Below, in pieces: positions 25,714-34,095 of a DNA stretch of 64,000 bases. The position numbers were made by a program, and so were the translations under genes. Within the stretch, counting starts at the first letter, position 1. Each line of letters opens with the position of its first letter. This DNA comes from Kiritimatiellia bacterium (GTDB lineage: Bacteria > Verrucomicrobiota > Kiritimatiellia > RFP12 > UBA1067), in contig JAZSOG010000027.1 of assembly GCA_045536845.1 (NCBI GenBank), positions 30,721 to 94,720 on the forward strand. Reading direction: 5' to 3'. The notes under the pieces are model-generated. The model worked only from the letters and a program-made list of their open reading frames with translations. It did not search any database and was not told the DNA's origin.

Positions 25714-28700
25714 ATGACAAAAACATTTAAATTCCTTGTAGCCGTTTCCCTCGCATTTGCCGCGTCAAATCTTTTCGCGACGGTAGAGTTCGTGAAGAAG
25801 ACGTTTGTCGCGTCAAACAAGCTGCAGCTTCCCTACCGCGCCGCGGAGAAGGCCGACCCGAACGGTGGCAAGGTGCCTGTCGTCGTCTTTCTTCACGGAT
25901 ACGGTCAGTGTGGCGTCGACAACTCGTTTACAATCAACGAGATGACGAACATCAAGAGTTATCTCGACAGCACGGGCAGTGACGGCTACAAGCTTCTCGT
26001 TCCGCAGTGCCCTAACGATGTCAAGTGGGCGGAGTTCGCAATGAGCTCTACCACCTGCACGTTCCAGGAAAAGCCGTCTTCGGCGCTCGTTGCGGTTTTC
26101 GATCTTCTCGACTCCTACGCCGCGATGGCGGACGTTGACGCCAACCGCATCTACGTCACAGGGCTTTCGATGGGCGGACACGGCACGTGGGACGCGATCT
26201 GCCGCCGTCCCGACTTCTTCGCCGCGGCGATGCCGTGCTGCGGTGGCGGCGATCCTGTCCGCGCTGCCGATATCGCGCACGTCCCTGTTCTGGCTGTCCA
26301 CAACCGCGGCGATCCGACCATTCCCGTCGAGCAGACCGAGGGCATCGTCACTGCGCTCAGGGCGCTCGGGTCGGACGTGATCTTCGAGAAGCTCGAGAAC
26401 AACAGCCACGACGCCTGGACGACATGCTATTCCAGGACGGACGATGTCACGGCGGGCGCGCCGAACCACCGGTTCGTCTGGCTGTTCGCGCAGAACCGCG
26501 CGACGAACAACCGCCCGAGGTATCCGCGTATCACGGAGCTCACCGCGGCGCCGAGCGGTTCGAACGCGACGATCTCGCTCACGGGCGTGGTCTTGGGCAC
26601 GGACGCCGATTCGGTTCCCGCGACCAAGTATTCCGTCACCTACAAGCTCGATGGTGCGGCAAACGCCGTGACGGCGCTTTCTAACCAGACAGCGGATAGC
26701 TCCTTCACGCTTGAAGGCCTTGAGGACGGCAACCACACCTGCGAGGTGACGATTACCACGGACAAGGGGCGGACGAAGACGAAGTCGGTCGTCTTCTACG
26801 TCAACACGTCCGCCGTCTCTGACGTCTGGACCTCGGCCGCGATGGACGCGTCCGGCAGTTCCTTCCGTACCGATGGCACGCTTCTCTATGCCTATTCCAG
26901 CCACGGCGGAACGGTCAACGGAATCAAATTCGTGCGAGACGTAAATCTTCAGGGTAGTTCCTTGGAGATCGCCTTTGCGCCAAACATCGACAGCTTCACC
27001 AGCGAACTTATGAACGAAGAAGTCAGCGGCGACTTTGGAGTCATGCTTAGCAACGGCTGGTACTGGAACAAGGACGACTCAAGCATGCGCACGTTCAAGT
27101 TGACGCTTTCTGGCCTTACGGGCGGGAAAAGCTATCTCGTCCAGTTCCTCTCGCACAACTACTGGAACAACAATATGACCGTCTCGGCGAACGGATGCAG
27201 TCCTGTGCATATCCATGGGGAGAACGAGGCGAGCGGGAAGTACGGCGCGCTTATTACCGGGACCTTCACGGCCATGGGGGACACGAAGGAAGTTACGATT
27301 ACGTTCTCCAACGTCGACAGCAAAATCCCTCTCAACGCCCTCCAGGTTCGCAAACTTCCCGACGGCGGTTCGGGCGGCGGAGATGGGCCTGGTCCTGTAG
27401 ACCCTGAACCCACGCCCGTGTGCGCGCTCACGATTCCCGCTAAGACAGGGCTTGCGCTTCAGTCGGTGACGACGAACGGCGTCGCGGTGTCAGCCGTCGG
27501 CGGGAGCTACACGATCGTCTCGAACACGCAGGTCACCGTCAATTTCGCCGCGGCCGATGGCTATGAAATCGTGAGCGGCAACCCGGTCGTGTTCACTATT
27601 ACGGGCAACAAGACGTTCGCCGCCGCCGACTACCCCGTCGTGCAGGCGACGAGCGGCGGTGGCGGCGACGAGCCAGGCCCTGTGCTCGATGCGGGCTGGA
27701 CTGCAACGGCGCTTGGCTCGACGAGCGCTTCAATTAGGACAGACGGCACGCTAGTCTACGCTTATGCTTACGGTGCCTACACTGTCAACGGCGTCACGTT
27801 CATTAGCGGGGGGACAGCCGGCATCGACAACGCCAATTGCACCGTGAACATCACGCACAACGCAAGTACGACGCCACCCGCTGACACCGAATCGGGTGAC
27901 TACAAAAATCTGCTGGGTGCAGGTTGGTACGGGTACGAAGGCGTCCGAACGGTCACTTTGAGAAATCTCACGGTCGGCAAGAAGTATCTCGTCCAGATCA
28001 TCGCGTCTCGGAGCGATTTCGCGACGCAGTTTGCGAAGGCTCCAGACAGCGTGACGACAATCAAGTTCGGCGGTACAGGCTGGGAATACGGCGGTTCGCT
28101 TACCGGGGTGTTCACAGCCGAAGGAGCGACTCAGGAGTTCACGATTACCTACACGGGAAACTCCTGGATCAACGGGATACAGGTTCGCGAGATCGGCGAG
28201 AGTGGCGGCGAACCAGGCCCAGTCGATCCCGAGCCCACGCCAACTTGCTCTCTGACAATCCCCGCGAAGACGGGGATTGTTCTTCAGTCGGTGACGACGA
28301 ACGGAGTCGCAGTCGCGGCGGTCGCGGGCAGCTACACGATTGTCTCGAATACGCAGGTAACTGTTAATTTTGCCGCAGCCGATGGCTACGAGATCGTGAG
28401 CGGCAACCCGGTCGTCTTCACACTCTCGGGCGACAAGACGTTCTCCGCCGCCGACTATCCGATCGTGCAGCAGACAAGCGGCGGTGGTGGTGGCGACGAG
28501 CCAGGCCCAGTGCCGCAAGTCGGTTGGACCGTCGGCCCAATGAGCTCAGATGGCAGCACGATCCGCACGGACGGAACGCTCCTTTATGCGTATAGTTCTC
28601 CCGGCGGAACCGTGGGCGGCGTTCCGTTCGCCCGTGCTGTCAGCCTCGGCGCCGCAAGCATGGTCTCCGCCTCGCCCGCCTCCGCGGGGAACAGCGGGGG

Positions 28701-30564
28701 AGGTTTCGGCGACGGCGGGGCGACGGGCGACTTCGGCAACATGCTTCGGGACGGCTGGTATTGGACGGGAGAGGAAGTGCCGCTTTCGTTCACGCTCACG
28801 CTCTCGGGGCTGACGGCCGGCCACTCCTATCTCGTCCAGCTCGTTTCGCATCGGACGTCCAACAGCACGACCGTTTCGGCGAATGGCTCGACGCCCGTGT
28901 ACGTCCACGGAACCCACGACGGCGTGGACTACACCTATGGCGCCACCCTCGTCGGCATCTTCACGGCCACGGGCGCGACGGCGGACATCACCGTCACCTA
29001 TCCGACCGGTACGGGCAACCGGCCCCTCAACGCCATCCAGGTGCGCGACCTCGGCGAGAGTTCGGGTGGCGGAGGGTCGGGTGGTGGCGAGACGGTCGAG
29101 CCGATTGTCCCCGGACCGGACACCACCAACACGCTGCATCTCGCAAAGATTGCAGAATATGCTTTTGCTTCGAATGGATGCGGTGCGATCACGTATTCGG
29201 GACAAGGCGGGGTCTTCTACGTCCTTCAGGACCACGACGACGACAACTACGCGAGGATTCATCCCCTCGCGCTCGGAATCGATCCTTCCACAGGCGCGAT
29301 TCTGTCGCAAACTCTTGGTACGGCATTTACGCCTGCAGGTCTTCGCGACGCCGAGGGGCTTGCGCTCGATCCGCTCTCTGGCACATTGTGGGCGAGCTCC
29401 GAATGGACGCCGCCGACTATTTCCGAGTTCAGTCTCGATGGCGCCGCGACAGGCTGCACGGCGCCGGTTCCGTCGATTCAGCGCGACAAGCTCCGTTCCA
29501 ACCTCTCGCTCGAGTCGCTGACGATCTCCCCCGATGGACTCACGATGTGGACCGCGAACGAACAGGCGCTCACGTGCGACGGCGAGTCCTCGAGCGGCAA
29601 CACGAATGTTGCCACCGTTGTTCGCCTCACGCGCTTTACGCGCGAGACGGCGCAGGACAACTGGCAGGCCGCCGGAGAGTGGGCGTATGCATGCGATCCG
29701 TGTGCTAATGCTACATTCGCAGAGTGCGGACTATCGGGGCTCTGTGCGTTGCCGGATGGTTCGCTTTTGGCACTCGAGCGCGAAGTCAGTATTACCACCT
29801 GGGGGCGGTGCCGCATTTATCGCATAACGACCGGTGCACTTGCGGCGGCAACAGAGGTTTCCAATCTTTCCTCGGTGACCAACGCCACGGTTTCCCTGGT
29901 CGCGAAGGGTAGTCCTCTCGTGTCTTTCACTGGCACGGACTTGAACAACATCATAGTGTACGAGGGTATAGCGCTTGGTCCGAAGCTGGGCGATGGCTCG
30001 CGTTCCCTCGTCCTTGTTTCGGACGGCGGTGCCACGATGACGAAGACCTACGGGCTCCTCTCTGTTACTGCAAAGACCGTCAGCCGCATCTGCGCGTTGA
30101 AGCTTACGGGGCTTGCGGACGACGGAGAGCCGGCATTGATTCAGGACTGGCCCGCGAATCCCGACGTTGCGATCACGGATGAAACGCGTCCTTCTGATCT
30201 AGGCATAGTTGCCGGGGCCTTTGCGTCGTCCGGCACCACGACTGCGGAGCTTCGCAAGCTTTCTCGCTGGGCGAGCGCGCACAATGTGCCCTACGCGGGA
30301 GTGGATGTGAACTCCATGACTTTTCACGCTAATGGAAACCCCGGCACTCTGCATGCAACGGCGTACTTGCTCAACTGCGCCGTCGCAGAAGTCGAGGAGA
30401 GTTCGGCTGCGTTCAAGTTCACCGCTATTACGCCTGGAATGGTTCCGACCATCGAAGGCAATTTCAACGGACGCGTGACGGTGTACGGCGCAGATGAACT
30501 TGCCGGACCTTGGCAGATCGCCACCGAGCAGCATCACTTCTTCAAGGCGACGCTGACGCGCTGA
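25714..30564 (+). CDS. Giant exoprotein C: alpha/beta-hydrolase esterase + Ig-like domain + 3 lectin-like modules + 2 TIPAKTG beta-domains + phytase-like (esterase-like) beta-propeller
   Basis: Start moved to the ATG at 25714 (signal peptide MTKTFKFLVAVSLAFAASNLFA). Nucleophile elbow GLSMGGHG. Modules as in A and B. C-terminal region with AEGLALDP...LSLESLTISPDGLTMWTANEQAL, typical of the phytase-like family. Confidence 0.85.
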   Translation: MTKTFKFLVAVSLAFAASNLFATVEFVKKTFVASNKLQLPYRAAEKADPNGGKVPVVVFLHGYGQCGVDNSFTINEMTNIKSYLDSTGSDGYKLLVPQCPNDVKWAEFAMSSTTCTFQEKPSSALVAVFDLLDSYAAMADVDANRIYVTGLSMGGHGTWDAICRRPDFFAAAMPCCGGGDPVRAADIAHVPVLAVHNRGDPTIPVEQTEGIVTALRALGSDVIFEKLENNSHDAWTTCYSRTDDVTAGAPNHRFVWLFAQNRATNNRPRYPRITELTAAPSGSNATISLTGVVLGTDADSVPATKYSVTYKLDGAANAVTALSNQTADSSFTLEGLEDGNHTCEVTITTDKGRTKTKSVVFYVNTSAVSDVWTSAAMDASGSSFRTDGTLLYAYSSHGGTVNGIKFVRDVNLQGSSLEIAFAPNIDSFTSELMNEEVSGDFGVMLSNGWYWNKDDSSMRTFKLTLSGLTGGKSYLVQFLSHNYWNNNMTVSANGCSPVHIHGENEASGKYGALITGTFTAMGDTKEVTITFSNVDSKIPLNALQVRKLPDGGSGGGDGPGPVDPEPTPVCALTIPAKTGLALQSVTTNGVAVSAVGGSYTIVSNTQVTVNFAAADGYEIVSGNPVVFTITGNKTFAAADYPVVQATSGGGGDEPGPVLDAGWTATALGSTSASIRTDGTLVYAYAYGAYTVNGVTFISGGTAGIDNANCTVNITHNASTTPPADTESGDYKNLLGAGWYGYEGVRTVTLRNLTVGKKYLVQIIASRSDFATQFAKAPDSVTTIKFGGTGWEYGGSLTGVFTAEGATQEFTITYTGNSWINGIQVREIGESGGEPGPVDPEPTPTCSLTIPAKTGIVLQSVTTNGVAVAAVAGSYTIVSNTQVTVNFAAADGYEIVSGNPVVFTLSGDKTFSAADYPIVQQTSGGGGGDEPGPVPQVGWTVGPMSSDGSTIRTDGTLLYAYSSPGGTVGGVPFARAVSLGAASMVSASPASAGNSGGGFGDGGATGDFGNMLRDGWYWTGEEVPLSFTLTLSGLTAGHSYLVQLVSHRTSNSTTVSANGSTPVYVHGTHDGVDYTYGATLVGIFTATGATADITVTYPTGTGNRPLNAIQVRDLGESSGGGGSGGGETVEPIVPGPDTTNTLHLAKIAEYAFASNGCGAITYSGQGGVFYVLQDHDDDNYARIHPLALGIDPSTGAILSQTLGTAFTPAGLRDAEGLALDPLSGTLWASSEWTPPTISEFSLDGAATGCTAPVPSIQRDKLRSNLSLESLTISPDGLTMWTANEQALTCDGESSSGNTNVATVVRLTRFTRETAQDNWQAAGEWAYACDPCANATFAECGLSGLCALPDGSLLALEREVSITTWGRCRIYRITTGALAAATEVSNLSSVTNATVSLVAKGSPLVSFTGTDLNNIIVYEGIALGPKLGDGSRSLVLVSDGGATMTKTYGLLSVTAKTVSRICALKLTGLADDGEPALIQDWPANPDVAITDETRPSDLGIVAGAFASSGTTTAELRKLSRWASAHNVPYAGVDVNSMTFHANGNPGTLHATAYLLNCAVAEVEESSAAFKFTAITPGMVPTIEGNFNGRVTVYGADELAGPWQIATEQHHFFKATLTR
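26827..27357 (+). repeat. Lectin-like module copy C1
   Basis: WTSAAMDASGSSFRTDGTLLYAYS..NGIKF..GDFGVML..SYLVQFLSH..PLNALQVRKL. Confidence 0.8.
27697..28197 (+). repeat. Lectin-like module copy C2
   Basis: WTATALGSTSASIRTDGTLVYAYA..NGVTF..KYLVQIIAS..GTGWEYGGSL..WINGIQVREIG (closest to copy P). Confidence 0.8.
28525..29055 (+). repeat. Lectin-like module copy C3
   Basis: WTVGPMSSDGSTIRTDGTLLYAYS..GGVPF..GDFGNML..SYLVQLVSH..PLNAIQVRDLG. Confidence 0.8.
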
Positions 30565-30585
30565 ATTCGCGTCGACGTCGTTTTT
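30548..30585 (+). terminator. Rho-independent terminator after gene C
   Basis: Stem 30548-30560 pairs with 30568-80 (13 positions: 1 mismatch, 1 G-U). 7-nt loop, followed immediately by TTTTT (30581-30585). Includes the TGA stop. Confidence 0.7.
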
Positions 30586-30613
30586 ACGCGCCAATGATCC
30601 CTTGACGAATTTC

Positions 30614-30659
30614 TACTCATATGGGTAGTTGTTGGAATAAGGGTGGATTGTGCTATAAT
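30614..30659 (+). promoter_or_regulatory. Palindrome variant TACTCATATGGGTA + TTGGAA (-35) + TGCTATAAT (extended -10); the -10 is 6 nt from the ATG at 30666
   Basis: Read directly. 16-nt spacer. Confidence 0.55.
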
Positions 30660-30665
30660 AGGGCC

Positions 30666-33600
30666 ATGAAAACTCTAATAGCCATTGCAGTGTCGTTGAC
30701 CTCCGTTCTCGCCGCTAACGCCGCGGGCTATGACTACGAGGTCGAGTACGTCAAATCCACGCACGGCAGCTGCGTGAAGACGGATCTCATCCCCGAGCCG
30801 GGACTTACGTTCAAGATGGACCTCATGTTCGAAGGTCCTTTCAACCAGATTTTCGGCGGCAAGTTCGACATGGCGAGAAACACAACCGCCTTTTTCGGCC
30901 AGGAAGACGAAAAGGATGCCGATGGCTTCCGCGACCTCTTCAGTCTCGAGCTCGGCGGTCACGAGGCCCAGGCCTACCAGGCGTTTGCAAACCTCGGGCG
31001 CAAGAGCCGGGACAAGTGGATACACTGCGGCATCCAGGAGGTCAACGACTCGGTGATCGGCACGCACATTCCAATTACCTATGACGGGAAGAGCCTCGCC
31101 ATGGGCAGCTTCCGCAGGAAACTCAATGACGCGCGTACTGCAACCGGCAAGGTCCCTGTGTCCTTCTTCGGCATGACGTGCGCCGATGGCTCGGTCAAGT
31201 CATATGCGTGTTACGACATGACCTTCTATGGTGCGACATTCTACAAGGACGGAAAGCCCGTCGCCGAATACATCCCTACAGTGAAGGGCGGCGTTGCCGG
31301 AATCTACGACAACGTCGGCAAGAAGTTCTATGCAAGCGCGACGTCCGTTCCGCTCGCGGCCGGCCCGAAGGCGGCGAAGAAGTCCGCGAAGAAGACGACG
31401 GACGGAAAGCCCGCAAAAATTGACTTCTCGGTGCCGGTATTCGAGGACGACTTCACCAACCCTAAGGTCTTCGCTGAGCGCTGGGACTTCCGCGGTCACG
31501 CGCAGAAAGACATCGAGGTGAAGGACGGCGCGGTGCGTGTCCCGAGCGGCAACACGGGCGACGGCATTCAGTGGAAGGGCGAGCTTCCCGAAGAGTGCGC
31601 GGTCGAGGCGGACTTAGTGTGCTATCCCGCCTGGAGCAAGATCAAGGATCCCAAGGACGGCGACTATCACTGGGCCTGCATGGGCTGCGAGTATGCCAAC
31701 TACGGCGTCCGCAGCGACGGCTACGGCGTCAGTCTCTATGCGCCTGTGGAAGGCCAGGCGACACGCAGCTGCTATCCATGGATCGCCAATTTCAAGGAGC
31801 AGGAGCCGGTCACGGTTCGCTTCGAGCGCCGCAAGATAGGCGATAAGATGATGGGCTACACCTTCCTCATAAACGGCGTCCAGGCGAACTACTTCACTGC
31901 CCCCACGCCCAAGAAGACCGTCGGTTTCGACGGCGTCGCTCGGTCGAATCCGCTTGTCATCGACAACTTCCAGTGCCCGTTCGAGGTGCGCCGCGTGACG
32001 ATATACGCGCTCAAGGGCGACGACAGCGCGAACCTTATCGCCAACTCCGGCTTCGAATACGACAACGATGGCGTGCCGCTCCACTACTGCAACCGCAACA
32101 GCTGCGCTATGGACAAGGTTACGGTCGAGGACTACAAGGAGAAGTACCTCAAGTGCTTCATGGTGGACAAGAAGGAGAAGCACTCCGGGAAGCAGTCTCT
32201 CCGCCTCAACATCGGGCCGTTTGTCCGCAGCTTCGACTTCTTCACCTGGAATACCCCCACCCAGAAGGGCAGGAGCGCGGTCTTCTCCATCTGGGCCAAG
32301 GCGTCCGAACCTGGCGTAAAGTTCAAGCTGAAGCTCTCCAAGGACGTAAAGCTTGTCGATCTTACGACAGACTGGAAGCGATATGAAATCACGACGACCA
32401 ACATGCCTTCGCCCGGGTTGTTCAGCCCCGTGTGGCTCGAGGTACCGGAGACTTGGAAGCGGACGGCCGAGGCCTCGATTTGGCTCGATGACCTCCAGCT
32501 CGAGATGGTCGACATGCCGAACGGCGGCTTCGACCCGAATAAGAGCTACGCGACGGAATACAAGCCGAAGTCCGGTGACGAGGCGAATTTCGCGCTCGGC
32601 AAGCCCACGCCCCACGCGAAGCCCGAGCGCAAGACGCCCCTCACTGCGGCGGAGAACGCGCTGTGCGGCTACAAGGTTCCGGCAGAGGGTCTAATTCTCG
32701 GGCACTACGACTACTACATGAACGAGAAGACGGCGGGTTTCCGCGTGTGGGACGCGAATGGCGGCTTCGAGGAAGTGTCGCTCGACATCTCGGCGATGCC
32801 CTGTGGCAACAACACCGTTACGGTCAAGGCGCTCGGAAAGAAGTGGAAGGCCGAAGTCCGCAAGCTTCCGTTCAAGAAGGGCGCGGTGCAGGTCAACCAG
32901 TGGTCGCGTACGCTAGTCCACGATGGCGAGAAGGTGTTCATGAGCTCGCCTTGCCTCATCGGACGCGAAAACGCCCCGCTTGACGACGGAACTTCTAAGC
33001 AGGTCGACATACTCGTCGATGCAGGCTTCAAGTACCTGAACCTCCAGAACAACCTGTGCGTCCGCGACATCGAGATGAACCAGAAGACGCTCGCGTATGC
33101 TGCCAAGAAGGGCATGAAGTTCACGATCTGGACCGGCGAAGGGAATACGCTCAACGACGTCGGCGAAATCAGGCGCTGGGAGGACAACTCGGTGACGGAC
33201 TGGTCCAGGGAAAAGATGTACAAGATGCTCGACAGCGAGAATGTCATCAACTGGCTGGTATTGGACGAGCCGGAGTATCGCAAGGCCGACGATTGCAAGG
33301 CGTTCATGCAGCGCACCAAGAAACTCTTCCCCTACAACCCCGTGCAGATGAACAACTGCTGGATGGGCATCTCCGGGCGCTTCGCCGGTCTCCCAACCGA
33401 CATCCTGATGGTCGACTACTACCTCACCTGCGACGGTACGACGCTCGAAATGGTCGTCTCGAAGGTTGACGTGCTTCGCTCCATCGCGCCCGGCAAGCCG
33501 TGCTGGTACTTCATGGAGAGCGAGAACTCCCTCCATCCGAGGATTCCCTCGTACAAGGAGCAGATCGCCCAGTGCTGGGGCTCGATCGCTGCGGGTTCGT

Positions 33601-34001
33601 CCGGGCTTTCATGGTTCGTCAACATGCCGACTTCGCGCTGCTGCTACGACGCGCTTGTCGACGTCAACCGCGAGATACTCGACAACGTCGACTTCCTCTG
33701 CTCCGACGAGCTTTGCGGCGGCGCGATTGCGAGCGAGACGGAGAACTACATCCGCTGCCTCACCCGCAAACACGGCGACGAATGGCGCATCTACACCGCG
33801 AACGTCAACCCTCACCCGAACGAGAAGGTTTGCTTCGTCCTTCCGCCCGAGATACCTGCAAATGCCAAGGTCGAGGTCATGTACGAGAACCGCATGCTCC
33901 AGGGCAAGGTCGGAACGCTCGGCCCCGACAAGGCGAAGGTCAACTACTTCCTCGATTCCTACGAGGGTTTCGCGCGTCATATCTACCGCATTGTAAAGTA
34001 A
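30666..34001 (+). CDS. Large secreted multidomain protein with LamG/CBM4_9-like sugar-binding regions and a probable hydrolase barrel
   Basis: Start moved to the ATG at 30666 (signal peptide MKTLIAIAVSLTSVLAANA). ANLIANSGFEYD...GKQSLRLN...IWLDDLQLE resembles CBM4/9-type modules. Family of the C-terminal half not assigned. Confidence 0.65.
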   Translation: MKTLIAIAVSLTSVLAANAAGYDYEVEYVKSTHGSCVKTDLIPEPGLTFKMDLMFEGPFNQIFGGKFDMARNTTAFFGQEDEKDADGFRDLFSLELGGHEAQAYQAFANLGRKSRDKWIHCGIQEVNDSVIGTHIPITYDGKSLAMGSFRRKLNDARTATGKVPVSFFGMTCADGSVKSYACYDMTFYGATFYKDGKPVAEYIPTVKGGVAGIYDNVGKKFYASATSVPLAAGPKAAKKSAKKTTDGKPAKIDFSVPVFEDDFTNPKVFAERWDFRGHAQKDIEVKDGAVRVPSGNTGDGIQWKGELPEECAVEADLVCYPAWSKIKDPKDGDYHWACMGCEYANYGVRSDGYGVSLYAPVEGQATRSCYPWIANFKEQEPVTVRFERRKIGDKMMGYTFLINGVQANYFTAPTPKKTVGFDGVARSNPLVIDNFQCPFEVRRVTIYALKGDDSANLIANSGFEYDNDGVPLHYCNRNSCAMDKVTVEDYKEKYLKCFMVDKKEKHSGKQSLRLNIGPFVRSFDFFTWNTPTQKGRSAVFSIWAKASEPGVKFKLKLSKDVKLVDLTTDWKRYEITTTNMPSPGLFSPVWLEVPETWKRTAEASIWLDDLQLEMVDMPNGGFDPNKSYATEYKPKSGDEANFALGKPTPHAKPERKTPLTAAENALCGYKVPAEGLILGHYDYYMNEKTAGFRVWDANGGFEEVSLDISAMPCGNNTVTVKALGKKWKAEVRKLPFKKGAVQVNQWSRTLVHDGEKVFMSSPCLIGRENAPLDDGTSKQVDILVDAGFKYLNLQNNLCVRDIEMNQKTLAYAAKKGMKFTIWTGEGNTLNDVGEIRRWEDNSVTDWSREKMYKMLDSENVINWLVLDEPEYRKADDCKAFMQRTKKLFPYNPVQMNNCWMGISGRFAGLPTDILMVDYYLTCDGTTLEMVVSKVDVLRSIAPGKPCWYFMESENSLHPRIPSYKEQIAQCWGSIAAGSSGLSWFVNMPTSRCCYDALVDVNREILDNVDFLCSDELCGGAIASETENYIRCLTRKHGDEWRIYTANVNPHPNEKVCFVLPPEIPANAKVEVMYENRMLQGKVGTLGPDKAKVNYFLDSYEGFARHIYRIVK

Positions 34002-34047
34002 CCCAGAAAGGATGGGTATTGCGGAACTAAGGCAAAAATAGTATGCT
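34001..34047 (+). promoter_or_regulatory. Degenerate variant ACCCAG-N6-TGGGTA + TTGCGG (-35) + TATGCT (-10), upstream of the DUF1080 operon
   Basis: Half-sites are conserved but the spacer is 6 nt rather than 2. 17-nt spacer between -35 and -10. Confidence 0.4.
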
Positions 34048-34095
34048 ATGTGAATAACAGCTGTATGGACAACTAAAAACACGAGAGGAAAATCT

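Noticed and set aside
6069-29055. Diversity-generating retroelement (template and variable repeat) explanation for the repeated lectin-like modules
   Set aside because: No reverse-transcriptase gene is present in the window. Differences between copies are spread over all base types and include indels, not adenine-specific substitutions against a single template repeat.
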